Positions 37,668 to 51,778 are shown, numbered from the whole stretch's first letter. The stretch: 63,864 bases of DNA, filler included, from Sphacelaria rigidula (GCA_964200075.2; 8 parts of 8 records of this genome joined end to end with filler, not necessarily neighbours in it), one strand, 5' to 3'. Notes: generated by a model not told the origin, from the letters alone. A program made the numbers and translations.

Positions 37668-40600
37668 TACATTCGTGGTGTGTGTTTATGTTCATTCACT
37701 TGGAGGCCTCGGATGAAAGCTGCGTGTGATGCTGCCATTTCAGGCGGGATCACGTACTAGCCATCTGAGGTTAACGAGTTGTTGGGCGAGTACTCGCAGT
37801 GCGGGGGCGAGACGACGTGCGGGGGTATGGATGTTGTGAAACGATGCATTTGCGATGCGCTACCCAGCGGTTAACTCGGTACATAGATTTGCGATAGATT
37901 CAAGGAAATGCGATCTAGTGAACTCACTGTTTGTGGAAGATATTGTAAAGCACATGCATCTTCGACAGAAAATGTTCACACTTCCTGGTGAATTATGGAA
38001 GTTGTTGTTCCATTTCCCTTGACAGTTTCCCGCTGCTACGACTGTACAAGTGTAAAGCACCGTGTCGTTGCGAGCTGATTTCGAAGCGTTGCATTGCGAA
38101 GGTTTTCCCAGGACAGTACATGTTTTCATACCAAGTTGCTTGTGTGAGAGGAGTGACTGCTGGCTCACGAATGTTGTTGTGGCAATCAACGGGATGCGTC
38201 ATCACCATTATTCCGTACTTGTCTAGTTCACCTAAAGGAGGAACGCAGTATCCATTTGCTGCCCGGCATAATCCAACTTTGCTGCGTATGCCATTCGTCG
38301 TTCGATGTGTAGGCGCACGTGGATGATACGATGAAATCACTCCTGGCCAATACACCATGGCCCATGCAGACGGTTCGTACCGTCATGGGGACTGCGTGCT
38401 CGAACTTCCAGTGTCCCACGGGCACACATGTTTCGACTGCATACTTTGAAGCGAGTGGCCATATACTTTCAAGGTATGATTTCTTCGACCACCGATGGCG
38501 ACCCTCGTTCAATCCATCACTATGGATATGTTAAGCCGTGCACTCAACCCATTGCCTTTGCAAGAAAAGAGTTAGATTCGAGAGTAGACGGAACATTATT
38601 TCCGTGCTAGTGTCGTGGGGACGGAGTTGGTGAACTCACAGCGTTCGCGCGAGACGCTGACATGTTATTCGGATGCACGCAAAATCCAGGGCGTCGTATA
38701 CCGTAGTCTCCCCCTTATTTTATATAGCGTAGTTCGGAAAGAGAAGAGCTGATATCGTGCCCCCTCATGGAGACAAATCCGTATTTTTTCGAGATTAATC
38801 TTTCTACCGGTCGACACCTGTCTCGCGTGGTACGGTCAAGCATTGGATCGGTATTCCCGTAGTTCGTCAAACGTCAATGGCTTTTTAACATATTGATTCC
38901 CCCCAGCGCGCCGTTATCACGTCTGTCCTCACATTTCCGGGCGATGAATAATAGAATAAACAAGACACTACCGGCGGGATTTACACCCACGGTACGCTGC
39001 TCGAACTAGCGGTGTTCATTCACCGTCGTTTGCGAGAGGGTTTGAGTAATGCTGGGATGGCTCCCCCCAGAAAAATACCTGGTTTGAAGAGGCAAAATAT
39101 ACATACGAATCAAAATTACAAAAGCCGAGCACACCGAGCGAGTGGGAATTGCCACACCTGGGATCTGTCGCCTATATGAGGCGCTTTATGCAGTCTGGAA
39201 CCAACTGCACGCACGCGCTGTATGGACACCTTCTTCGTGACATATTTGGTGCTGGTGTGTTGGGAGGGTATCGCGGCATAACTTGTTGGGGAATTGTCCG
39301 TACGCTATTGCCTTCTCTTCAAGAGTTGGCTCCTGGGCAAGCATATACCTTTCGTTTCCAATTGTGCATCGAGCGTTCGAGTGATTCCGTATAGCCCGCT
39401 GTACCCGTGCCAGAACATCCGTTGTTGCCCCCCTCTCCTTGTTTACCCCGTAGCTCTAGCTCTGTTCTGTGGTAGGGATGTTCTTCGTTTTTGCATAGGT
39501 TTTGCTACGACTTCCCCCCCTCCCCCCCATCATTTCTGTCCTTTTCTTCCATCTTGGCGTTTGAGTTAACGCTGTTTTTGGTATATCCTTTTGTTTTCCT
39601 GGAGGTAAACCATCACACAAACATTAGTTTGTGTCCCGCTTCTGGTAAGTTGGCGGTGTAGAGCTCTTGCCTAAGAACGCGTTTTCAAGTTAGCTGAGTC
39701 TCAGTCTGCTTTCACGGCTTTTCTCCTCGTACGGCCTCAGGTCTGAAGCCCTGATGAGCACCTGACATTTCTGGATCAGCGCGTAGGGGGGGGGGGGGGG
39801 GGAACCTATAATGACCCCCTACTTGCTTTCCTTTCTCTTTTTCTCTCATTTTACATTTTGTTTTTAAGTTTGCTTCAACNNNNNNNNNNNNNNNNNNNNN
39901 NNNNNNNNNNNNNNNNNNNNNNNTTAATTAATTAANNNNNNNNNNNNNNNNNNNNNNNNNNNNNNNNNNNNNNNNNNNNCTGCTGATTATCCTGCATTTG
40001 GATGACAGCCAACAATGAGTCGCTTTATTTTCTGGTATCGCCACTTCCAGACACAGCTACGGCTTACACACTGCCTCATGGGTTTCTAACCATAGGGGGG
40101 AGGGGGGAGAGGTATCGTAAAAAGTGCCTTCTCCAGCACGACTTTGCAAGGATTTTTGCCCACGAGAGAGCGCAGTGACACATCCTTTTTGTTTTTTCTC
40201 GGCGCGAGGTCTTGACACGGAAAAAGCCGAGCGGCTCAATTTCGTCATGTTCCACCCTTTCTTTATGTTTGAAGTAGCATGACACCACCGGGTTAAAGCC
40301 TTATCTGTAAAAGCGAGCCCCCGCAATCACCTGGGACGAGGATGATCCGCAGGTCGCCGCGGGGAGTGATGTGGGTCCGCGGATGAGTGCTGGCTTGTCA
40401 CGAGCCCGATCGGGTACGCTTGAAGATTTTGTAAATCAAACGACGTCGAAGTGCCATCTTGAGTACGTACAAAAGCATACGAGCTGTTACAACTGTGATT
40501 CGTCCTGTGAGGTCAATTTCTCCCAATGATGCCTCAAGTTGAAAACGGAACCGGTAAATTCATTTATTTACCCAGCGAGAACAGATATCGACGCCAGACA

Positions 40601-42024
40601 GCTTGCACACACGATCTCCTTGCGCGGGCAACAACTCTTTGTTCATATTTTTCGGTCTCCTTTCCCCTACTGGTGAAGTATAGATTATCGCTGAAGAACT
40701 AACGCGGGGTTTCGTGGTAAGGAGTGTAAGCAGGACTCGTGGATTATTTCGGAAAGAGGAACATCATTGTACTACTCGTCGAAATTTCACGTACGTACGG
40801 CAGAACAGGTCAATACCTACCTGTTTCGGATATTTGACAGAACATGGCACGTTCCACGCGGATGTGGGTCCCGCCAACGTTTGGCAGTGCTGTCTGAAAC
40901 TGGTCGAGCACCTGCATGCGTTTGGGAAATTGCTTGAAACCGGCGGACTGCCTGCCCACATTTGGTGTTTTTTTTTTTTTAACCGGAAGATGATCTGCGT
41001 TCGTTGCGAAATCGCAGTCTCCTCTGATTCTGTTCTGTTCGGGAGCTGGACGGACACACAATAGAGGCGCCCTGTGCTCTTGACAGCGGTTGACGCAACC
41101 GTTCAAAGTCAGTTCTTTTATCCACGTTCTTGTGTTCGTACCAAACGTGAAATGTGCAAACGCACAGAAGGAACGTGATTGCCCAATCTCGATGTACACA
41201 CATGGGCTGCCCTGTATTTTATCTGGAATATCTCTGTCGTTTGCCTGTTTTTATTCTAGAAACAACCAGTGATTCCATAAGGCTACGGTTTGGACCTGTG
41301 GTATTGTACCATAGTAATCGTGTGACCTACAGACGATTTGGGTTACCTCGTACTTTTCATTTGACAGACTTTTACGGTAGGTGATCCGAATGCGAAGCGT
41401 CACAGTTCGCCCGACCACCCGAAGTTGAGATCGCCTTTCCCAAAATCATGAAAAGATGATCCGCGCGAACCGTGACATTTTTGAGCATCGCAATTCTTCT
41501 CTGATGCAAAAAATTGAGGCTGTCACAGCCTGAAATCGATCTTGAAATCGAACTCCCTCTCGACCTGGGGCATGGTCGCTGACGAGATGTTTTTGTGGCA
41601 GTGTTCATGGTTGTATTCTTGACTGCTGTGCCGGCATCTCGGCATCCTTCGGGTGTGCAACTCAGTGTACAGCGAAACAGCTGGCGCAAGGTACCTTTTG
41701 ACAACGGTGCGGCTGTTCGGGCAAAACGCCTGCAACTGCATGGCGCACCTCCAGCAATGAACAAGAACATGAGACAAGTCACGTTTACGGCCGTGATTGT
41801 CAGCTCCATGCAACTTTCCCTCAATGTTGGTCCAGGTGATTTGGGCAATTGCTGTTTAACCCAAATCGCCCGTGTGATTCAATCTAATTTCTCCAGGTCC
41901 AGATCTCCTACCGGTGGTGTCTGCCTTAATCAACCAGTATGTACCCGAGATGTCTTGTGTCGTATCAAGTGTAACGCTACGCTACAGGATTGGATGTTCT
42001 GAACATGCATAATACTTCACACGT

Positions 42025-42235
42025 TCGACGAGTCATTACTCGTCGAAATTAGTGCATTCGTGGATGCTTTTTGAAAACACAACGGGCATGACTCGTGTAC
42101 CCGAGTCATTACTTTTTCTCACAACGAGAAATGACTCGTGTGCTCGAGTCATTACTTCTTCTTACAACGAGCAATGACTCATGGGCTCGAGTCATTCCTT
42201 TTTTTGGCAACGAGCAATGACTCGAGTGCTCGCCC
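42025..42235. repeat. Short degenerate CAACGAGCAATGACTCG / CGAGTCATT repeats
   Basis: Several direct and inverted copies about 43-44 bp apart, plus another copy at 44594-44620. Confidence 0.7.
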
Positions 42236-42443
42236 TATTAACCATTTTGGGACCGACCCTCCACCAACACGGGGTTGACCATGTTTTGGTGAAATAATAA
42301 AAAAAATAAGTCAGGGAGTGACCTGCCCAATCACGGCGAGGCGGAATTTGTCGACCAGACCCGAACGACCAGCGCGGAGACTGTTGCCGAGTGTGATGTC
42401 ACTGCAAAGATCGTGTGGGGGGGCCCTATCCCTGGCCCAGATA

Positions 42444-43628
42444 CGAGCTGGGCCAGCCGAGAAGCGGATTTGTAGCTTGCAGGCCCATTGTACGGCCAAT
42501 ATTTCTTGTCGGATCCTCAAATTTGGTATGGACAATGAATAGGGTGAAAAAGAAAACAATCACCAGTGCACACAATTTTTTTTTCATGAGTCCGAGGCAT
42601 TTTACTGATACCTGAAAACTGATTATTACACTTAACTCATGAAGGAAAAAAAAAAGTTGTGTGCTCTGGTAATTGTTTTTATTATGCGCTATTCATTGTC
42701 CATACCAAATTTCAGGTTCCAACTCCAAATTTTGGCCGTACAATGGGCCATTCTGTGACGGGGTCAGAAGAAATTCGGAACATTATTTTGCAGGCCACTT
42801 ACCGGCCCACGTTTGGTGTTTGTGTATTGAAACTTTGTGTGGGCGTGACTAGGGCATAATTGACGAAACAAAGTGGGTAAGTTTTTCATTTTACTGGTTT
42901 GGGGCGCGTTAGTATGAAAACCGCCATTTTTTTACGAGAACGCCCGAATCTCTCCCCCGGAAAAAACTCAGGGCCCATTTTTTTCTTCTATTCAGCATAC
43001 CTCTGTGGTTCTTTATCCTGAGTTTCAAATTACAAATCTAAAAATTGGGATAAGCCCGAAAAGCAGTGGTGTTCATTTCTCCTCAAAACTGCCCCGAAAC
43101 CCGAAAAAGATAAAAAACCCCCCCGAGAATATTGAAAAAGCTGTGTTCATAAGTTTTATAATGCACTAGCGGTTCTCCATGCGAAATTTCATAACATAAC
43201 TCTCAAAAAATGAGACGCGATATCCAGGTTTGGTTGATGTAGTTCATCGACTTGTAATATACTGACTTTAGTATGGAGAATTATGTGCGCCATATCTCGG
43301 TATAGGTAACGAATTAGGTAAATGCGAGGGTATCGATCGTCTCCGCGTGCTCCAGGGAATGCCCACACCAAAATTCGTCGTCATCTGCTGAATGCGTCGA
43401 TCAGGGGTTTCATAGAGATTTGAGTATGGACGCTATTTTCCTTAGAGATGAGAATTACTAGACATGAGGTTTAATCAATGATGGGATATGGGCCAAAACT
43501 TTTGAGCAGATGAATACCTTCCCCTTGGTTAGACGATTAATACAAAATGCGGATCATGGCCCAACTCGTCCGTGTCGACGACATATTGCTTTGAGGGCTT
43601 GAATCTGTGTCTAGGCTGGCCCAGCTCG
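42444..43628. mobile_element. Complete 1185-bp non-autonomous Tc1/mariner-like element
   Basis: Perfect 15-bp TIRs CGAGCTGGGCCAGCC / GGCTGGCCCAGCTCG with TA on both flanks. No transposase ORF. Confidence 0.88.
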
Positions 43629-45504
43629 TAAGCCTTCCCAGGTTTTCAAATGCAGGATGCTCGGAGCATGGCTTATCGTACTACTTGCATTCAGTATAGT
43701 GTTCCCGAGATTTCCCGGGAGATTTTTTGGGTGGCGAGCCTAGGCTAAGACGCAGTAATTGCACAAACACAGGGTGGAGTGGGAAAAACCGGGAAGGAGT
43801 GCACATGCCACAATGTGGTCACGTACACGTGAACCCAGGTGTTGTGTTGTGTGTGTTGTCGTCCCATCTATCCTGGACGCCGGTCTACACCTTTCGGTAT
43901 ATGTGGGCGCATCAGCCGGGGTCACACAGGAGGGAGGCCAGCACAGGAGCTTTTCCTTTTATTTGTTCTTAGTACCCCACCTCCCTTCTGAGGTGGACCG
44001 TGGAGAGACAAAAGGATCTACCGTCATGAATTATGCTTATCCCTCTGCCAATGACTCGCAGAACACTGTGAACATGTATGTAGAGGGCGGGGATGAACAA
44101 GCTGTGTTTAGGCAGATGATCTCCGTCGCTGAGAACTGCCCAGAACGTGCAAGGGAGAGTGCAGCGGCAGCTGCCGTGCTGCAGTCGGAGAGGCGTACTA
44201 CACTGCACCGTACTGCACTGTATGTATGTTCACCGCAACGCCCATACCCTTCGAAGAGAATTTGTCGCATGCAACAAATAGGGAAATGGCGGCCCACCCC
44301 GACCACAAATGGCTGTGTGGCAAGGTGATGGGAACAAACGTATCATCCAAACCCACAAGTGGAGGGCGGCCCGCCGGTCGCCGCATCCTGTTGAAAGCTC
44401 TCTACGGCTACTTCTTGCTACATCAGATTAACATTACCCAATGTGCACCCTGCGCCTGAAAATAAATGTGATGAACCTTTCGGTCTTCCTCATAACTCTG
44501 CGGTTACATGCACAGATTTTCAGCAACACGTCACTCCTAACCAGCCTCATTGATTGTTGTGGAGGCTCGGTCCCAAAGGGGTTCATTTTTTCCACAACGA
44601 GCAATGACTCGAGTGCTCGCCGTACACATCTTTACGGCCAACGAGCAGCCCAACGAATGCGAGTGCCACAAGTCACACTGGTGCTCGTCCGACGTGTGAA
44701 ATACTTGCAAATGTTAATTGAAGTTGATCGAGAGTAGAGACATATTTTGGCACACACATTCTTAAGGAGAACTCCTTGGATGACGAGCATGGTGTATGGT
44801 ACCTAGCAACAGTAGGATGAACATATCGCCTCCTGTCCCTCTTCCTCGGGTTTCCCCTTTTCTCATTCCCGATCGTTTAGGCGGAGCATCACGCGATGCT
44901 GATCGAAGAGCTGGAACACGAGTCACAATTCTGGATCAACACCCCGGAGGATGTGGAATCCAAGATAGGAGACTACCTCTGGGAGCACCCGGGAAGCAGC
45001 TCACACGGCGGAGAACTCTCCATGCCTGGGGAAGAGCTGTGGCGTTTCGCCGCAGATACCGGCCTCCCGGATGCCGAAGAAGAGGTGATGAATTTTTTGC
45101 GAACACAATATAAACTTGCATTATTTATTTCTCGTGTCGTTCGCCGTATCGTCCTCTTTATGGTACTCGAGTTCTTGTCGCGTTTGTATCCCGTTCATTT
45201 TTTCCACCCTGGATTGCGCTCATCTGTTTTAAAATCCATTCCCCCTGGCGGAATGTCCGTCGCGGGATTGCCTACGTATGAGGTGATCAAGGGTATGTGG
45301 TCCATACGAAACGATCAACCAAGCAAATAATCCATCAGTCACCATCAACCACAGCCGGTTGTTTGAAGGGGAAGATTTCCTTATATTATGGACGAAATGC
45401 ATCTCCTACGATAAGCGATTGCTTACGTTTTTTTGCAAGGCTCCTCCGCTCCCCTCCCCTGTAAGATAAATCGAAGGTTCTTGTGTGGTGCGTATGGGAG
45501 AAAC

Positions 45505-45635
45505 GTCATGAGCGCCCGAATGAAGGAGGGGTCTACATTAGGGGTAGGAACGGTGCTCCGTCTCGAAGGGGATGCGTGGTCTACGGTAAAATGACAAGGG
45601 TAAGCAACAAATGATTATCCCCCCCCTCCCCCCCT
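45505..45635 (+). repeat. SINE-like family copy ending in a C-run
   Basis: Diverged reverse complement of 3666-3798. Confidence 0.8.
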
Positions 45636-46515
45636 TGCTCATGTGCAGTCTATGGAAGCTACAGGCTACATCAAGCTACAGATGTATGAGCGCATGGAGG
45701 CCATGCGAGCGGCCAAGGACTACAGGCAAAGCCGCAAGACTAAGTGGGCGAATGATACACGTGATATTGTGCAGCAAACGGACCGCCTGGTCAAGAAGGG
45801 AGGGGCGCCGAAGGGGTGGTTGGATCGCAAGTCTAACAGGCCGCGCAGGATGCGTGCTCGTGCGCAGCAGGGAGGCGGCTCTATGCGGGATTCTATCGTG
45901 CCGGCGGGTGATTTGAATGACGGCGATGTCGATTTGGGGAACTTGGACAAGTGACATTTTCTTTCAACGAGGGAGCTTGTGATGGTTGTGTACGGCGTAT
46001 CGTTCGTTGCTCACGGCAGTTCAGTATTTCCCATACTTCGGAACGTGGCACAACCAGGAACACATGTACATGAACACTGGTTCCTTCAAGAAGCGAAGGA
46101 TTATCCCACCGCTGTTGTACTCCCTCACTAGAAACGGTTTTAGTTCGCTGCCTCTGGGACACTTGTGCACCCGGTGCGCTTGTCCGGTTGAATCGACACT
46201 TATCTTGTTTGTCATTTATAGTTGGTTGTCCAGCACATTGGGGTGTCCTATTCGGTGCCCGTTCGTTTTTGCCGGTATATATATACATATATACAAAGGG
46301 TTCGGCGGCTTACGCCGCCACGGTCAATGAGATCAACAGCCAAGGTACACGACAACCGGTCATCGTTGCTCGCATTGCGCAACGGCACAGGTCATAGTTT
46401 TGAGTGGAGTACTTTCCACTGTGTGCGTACAATGGTCACGGTCAAACAGTTACCATTTCGCCCAAATCTGTTCAGAATCCAATGCGAAAAATAGAGGCCG
46501 TTTGTCCTTCCTTAA

Positions 46516-46930
46516 AGCTAGTGCGCGAGGGGAGGTCATCTGGTCATGCAGTGATTTTTCGAGTAAAACTGATTCCGATTCCACAGACTATCCACGATCG
46601 CAGTCGAACAGTCACCATGTCATCTCGAACGCCCAGAGGGCTCACCGATACATCAGCGAGGAAATCCATCAAACAGAACACAGCCCGGAAAGCGGAGCCC
46701 AAGCAAAAACGGAAGGCACCGAAAGTTTTAGCGACTGCTCATCCGCTGTGCACGTTGTTCTCCCTTGGAGCTAGTGCGCGAGGGAAGGTCATCTGGTCAT
46801 GTAGTGATTTTTCAAGTAAAACTGATGCCGATTCCACAGACTATCAACGGTCGCGGTCGAACAGTTACCATGTCATCTCGGACGCCAAAAAGACTCACCG
46901 ACACACCAGTGAGGAAATCCATCGAAAACG
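46516..46930. repeat. Partial tandem duplication, period ~253 bp
   Basis: AGCTAGTGCGCGAGGG..GATTCCACAGACTATC..GAGGAAATCCATC starts near 46517 and 46769. Confidence 0.85.
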
Positions 46931-48309
46931 GAACGCATCACAACGTCAAAACACCATGCAGAACACAACCCGGAAAGTGTATGCACTCGAAACCCAAGCA
47001 GAACCGGAAGGCGCCGTCATATCTAGCGGAATGAAAGCGGAGAGGCTGATATGTATAATCAGCGAAAGCGTGTACTCTAAAATCAAGTAAGAGGCAACGG
47101 TGCGCTCTCCGGGCTACTGTGGGGAAGGAAATGCCCGGAAAGATATGTACTCTAATATCTAGTGAAAAAAGTACACTTGCATCCAAGGCTCGTCAACGGC
47201 CAAAAAGATGAAGTGTATTACTTGTACAAGGTTTTTGGCGCTTCGCGCCACCGCTCAGTCGAGCGTTTCCCAAGGCGAAGGGGAATGAGGAGTGTCGCTA
47301 CCGGCATCAGTCGTCGCCTACATGGAGAAGTGCTGAGAGGCGAATATATGATTCAGAGATAAATTTTGTGACACGAGGGTGTTTTTCAGAGGTGACTCTT
47401 CTGAGGGAAGGTGTCCGCTTCAGGTTCAGTTGAACATCAGAAGAAACTGTTCAACAGCAAAACGAAACTTTTCGGGCATCGGCGTCGAGCACCGCTCGAA
47501 CAACGGAACATATTTCGACAAGTTACTGTTCGTATTAGAAAATCATGGGCTTGGAACACTTTGTGGCTTGGAAGACACAGATTTTGATGGAAAGAAACTT
47601 CTCCGCGCCCCCACGTGTGTTGTACCCGCCTGTAAAAGTCGTTCCTTGTTCAGCGATGCCTGGCTGGGGGAGAGGGAAGCCATGCTCCCTGAGGTTTTCA
47701 AAACCGTTTTCATCATGTACATACAGCTTATGAAAATCAAACTGTCCAGCTTTCACAGGTGTTGCGAAATCGGTGCAGTCTGTCAGAGAGACCACCACTG
47801 CGCAGACGGGAGGTAGCTATGATCCGGTTTGCCTGGCGTACCGCCGACAGCGTCGCGTGAAAGCCACAAGACCCNNNNNNNNNNNNNNNNNNNNNNNNNN
47901 NNNNNNNNNNNNNNNNNNTTAATTAATTAANNNNNNNNNNNNNNNNNNNNNNNNNNNNNNNNNNNNNNNNNNNNCACACGTAACACATCAACAAAGGTAG
48001 TACAACACCCCCAGACGCGCGCCGAGGGCGGGTTTTCTAGCCCCCCCCCCCCCCCCTCCCCGAGCTATGCCATTGACAGCCTTTGCGGTTTCATGTTGTG
48101 TTTTGTGGTACACTTGACCTCAAGATACTGTATACAATTTAATTCCACGAACACTTGCGAAGAACACAGCACGAGCACGAGTTGTCCTCGCATGCCCGCG
48201 GGAGTAAACTCCGGCAGTGTACTATGCAGTCCGCGGGCAGTACCGTACAGCATGGCACAGCACGCATCTGCGCGCCTACAGTCAGTGACTCTCCTAGCTG
48301 TTTATTTTC

Positions 48310-48740
48310 CCATGATTCATACAGCATGATTCATGTGATCCATGTACATGTTTTCCACCTTGCGGTCGTGAGCATGAATCATACATACATGTTTCCCAAT
48401 TTCCGTTCATGCAGCATGAATCATACATACATGCTCTCCGCCTTTCATCCATACGAGGTTAATGAACCGTACATGTTTACGAATCTCCGTTCATGCGGCA
48501 TGGGTTGTACGTACATGTTGCCTACCTTCGATTCATACGAGATTAATCAAGTGTACTGTACATGTTTCCCACCCAAGATTCATACAGGAAGTGTGATTCG
48601 TACATATTTTGCACTCTTGATTCGTCTGATACTACGTGGAGTGTACACATTTCCAGTCCGTGATTCGTGCGGTATGACCTTGAACATACAACTTCACCAT
48701 CCTTGATTCATACCGGATGGCTCTTTGGTACATGATTCGC
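48310..48740. repeat. Degenerate ~42-bp-period array (TACATG...GATTCATAC motifs), ~10 units
   Basis: TACA(TG) starts at 48345,48386,48428,48470,48512,48559,48601,48644,48687,48729. Confidence 0.75.
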
Positions 48741-49200
48741 CTTCAGTACTCGTGGGGAGTCAATGTATGAAATCTGATTCGTCCTAACCGTGGAAGAATG
48801 AAGGTTCGATTCCTGGAAACATGTACATTTAGGTTTTATTGGGGAGTACATAATTTTTGTTTTCGTCGTCAAGAACTTGAGGAGGTGAGTAGCAAGGACT
48901 ATTTTTTTTATCGAGATAGTGTCTTGAGGATACGGACATGTCTCGAGGAAGCGGAGGGGCTAAGATTTTGATAAATAAAATAAGATTACACAACACGATG
49001 ATTCCTCTGCTAGAAGTGCAGCTGCGGTGACACAAGATGGACATGTGTACAAGAATGGGGGTCACACAAAGAGGAGATACTCGCTAAAGCAGACTCGAGT
49101 AGCGGAAGGATAAAGCACAAGAGCAAGAAAAAAATAATGTAGACTGCCAGCGAAGTTATCTACATGCACAAGTTGGTCAATTGATTTGATTGAAGAATTG

Positions 49201-49368
49201 CACACTATGGACAATATATGATCGATAGTTGCATTAGACGAGAAGTGTACTGCATAAAGTATAAGCCTATTGCAACTCTTGCCGACCGACAATAGTCGCA
49301 ATAGGCCTATACTTTATGCAGTACACTTCTCGTCTGTTGCAACTTTTGACCATATTGTCCAAGGTGTG
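49201..49368. mobile_element. 168-bp palindromic MITE (CACAC.. TIR family) with 8-bp TSD
   Basis: AAGAATTG at 49193-49200 and 49369-49376. Same family as 15472-15641. Confidence 0.9.
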
Positions 49369-50071
49369 AAGAATTGTCGCACGTTCTCCGATCCCCGAGG
49401 TAAAGTGGCCATGGTCGCACGATAGATGTACTCAAGGTAAACTCAACGGAAGTGTTCGCTGAAGAGAGAGAAAAGGCAAAAATCACGACAAAATAAAACA
49501 AACACAAAGGAGGGAGCTGAGAAACCCGGAACCAAAAGCAAACAAAATAGAACGAGAACCAAAACAAGAACAAAAATAAGGAGGCAGGGAAAGGAAGGGA
49601 AGCGGACGGAGAAGGACGAGAAAAGAAACGTATATACCCTTTTTCACGCAGTGATGATGTTGAAGTTTTTTGACAACGGCGCCTTTTGCACACAGAAGTC
49701 TTGTACACAACAAGCCAATGGGGAGAAGAATCACACAAAAACATGAACGTCCGGTCGACAGAATAAATCTCGGAATTCGACTAGCGAAACTGCACGAGGT
49801 AGATTTGAGTTTTTGTGGTACACTCCTCGTATCATCTTGATTCATGTCTATGATAATCGAGAGTAACCGTAGAGAGGGCTTGAAATGTTTCAAGGTAGTT
49901 TTGGGTAGGGTGCATACCCGGAAATGTACTCTCCCGAATTTTGTGGGTGCGATGGTCCAAGCTCCAAATTCTACCCAAATATTGGGTAAAGTTGGGGACG
50001 ATTCAAATACTCTACCCCAAGCGTTCGGTACTTTAAGGCCGATTTTCAATATACTCGAATGTAGAAAATAT

Positions 50072-50493
50072 CTGGGAGGGATACGTGACACACGTGACAC
50101 ATTCGAAAAAACCGGAAAAAACGTAAGTTTGGGCCATTTAACGCTTCGTCAGGTTGAGGTTTTGGACGGGACAAATGCAACGTGACGTGATGCAACATGT
50201 GGACCTTGAAGCAGTGTCTATTGGTGTTTTCCATATGTGAAAAAAGGCTGTTTTTGTGAATTTTGAACGTGACACGTGACACGTGACATATTCACGAAAA
50301 CAAGCAGAGTTTTCGTCACATTTGGAAAGTTAAACGCAATGTTACGGTTCATGCGAAGGGCCACACGTTATATCATGTTCCGCTGCATGTGTCCCATCCA
50401 AAAAATCAAATCTTACGTAGCGTTAGATGACCCAAAGTTACGTGTTTTCTAACGTGTCACGTTAAAACGTCACGTATCACGTATCCCTCCCTG
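50072..50493. mobile_element. hAT-like MITE (422 bp)
   Basis: TIRs CTGGGAGGGATACGTGA / TCACGTATCCCTCCCTG, 8-bp TSD GAAAATAT/GAAAATAC and internal CGTGACA repeats. Confidence 0.8.
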
Positions 50494-50889
50494 GAAAATA
50501 CCCTACCCAACACATGCCTATTATTATTTTTTGTACTGGCATTTGTACTTGAACGTATTACCTTGTTCGTTTTACTCGGGAGAAGTATTTACAGTGTACA
50601 GTACGAGTCCATGTACGCCTGCAGATGTTATGGTGTAGATACTACAGTACCACATGAAAAGGAAGAACCTCCACGAGAGATTGGTTGGATCCCTTGAGAC
50701 CACGGACCTGTCCCGACGAAGGTGTATCCTTGCCGCTGGCCGGTGAAAAAGGCTCCCTCCACAAACCTCTTAACGTCAAAGCACGTACTAAGAGGCTCAA
50801 GATAACGGGGGGTGATGTAGATATCATCACATATAAAGGAAAAAATCCCACAAGTGTCCGTCGAGTAAGTCACCTTTTCATAGTAACCA

Positions 50890-51303
50890 CGGGGTTTTAC
50901 AAATACACGTTGAATATGCTTGAGGCTGAACCTTGGTAACCTTCATAAGCATCGAACTATTTTCGAAATAAAAATGCAAATGCGCTCTCCGGCCGTGATT
51001 AGTGGCCTTGCTCATTCTCAAAAGCGAATTCTTCCGGAATTTGTAAAATTTCGTGTTTACAGGTACACGTGATTCTGTAAAATGAGAACGGCGGTTTTTG
51101 TACGGGAATGAACGGAGGTCGAAATTGTTCGGGATAAACACGAGTTTGAACAAACTGTGGGTGTATTATTTTTAAGATGAGCAAGGTCACACATCACGGC
51201 CGGAGAGTGCATTTGCATCTTCATTCCGAAATATTTCGATGCTTAGGGAGGTTCCCAAGGTTCATCCTGGAACGAAACGCGTCCTGAATTTGTACAATCC
51301 CGA
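50890..51303. mobile_element. Foldback/MITE with long inverted arms; single-arm copy at ~60170-60248
   Basis: GAACCTTGG..AAGCATCGAA..TGCAAATGC..CTCTCCGGCCGTGAT pairs with ATCACGGCCGGAGAG..GCATTTGCA..TTCGATGCTT..CCAAGGTTC. Confidence 0.75.
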
Positions 51304-51409
51304 GCTAATACTGTATGTATGTCACACGTTCAAGCCGTCCACATCGTCGGCATGAGTCCGTCGTCTCATGGAATCAAGCGATCTCTTCTTACCCTTCTCC
51401 TCCTTCTTC

Positions 51410-51616
51410 CTACTACTAGTTCTACTACTACTAGTTCTACTACCACTAGTTCTACTACTACTACTACTACTAGTAGTTCTACCACTACTACTACTACTAC
51501 TAGTAGTAGTTCTACTACTACTACTACTAGTAGTTCTACTACTACTACTACTACTAGTTCTTCTACTACTACTACTAGTTTTACTACTACTAGTTCTACT
51601 ACTAGTACTAGCAGTT

Positions 51617-51675
<59 letters not shown>

Positions 51676-51685
51676 GCTAGTAGTT

Positions 51686-51720
<35 letters not shown>

Positions 51721-51730
51721 GCTAGTAGTT

Positions 51731-51778
<48 letters not shown>

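Noticed and set aside
48155-48706. 183-aa ORF with a 14-aa repeat
   Set aside because: The repeat register changes frame mid-ORF, so it is most likely a chance open frame over a DNA repeat.
48800-48815. GGTTCGATTCC as a tRNA gene
   Set aside because: It is an isolated B-box-like motif with no A box or cloverleaf.
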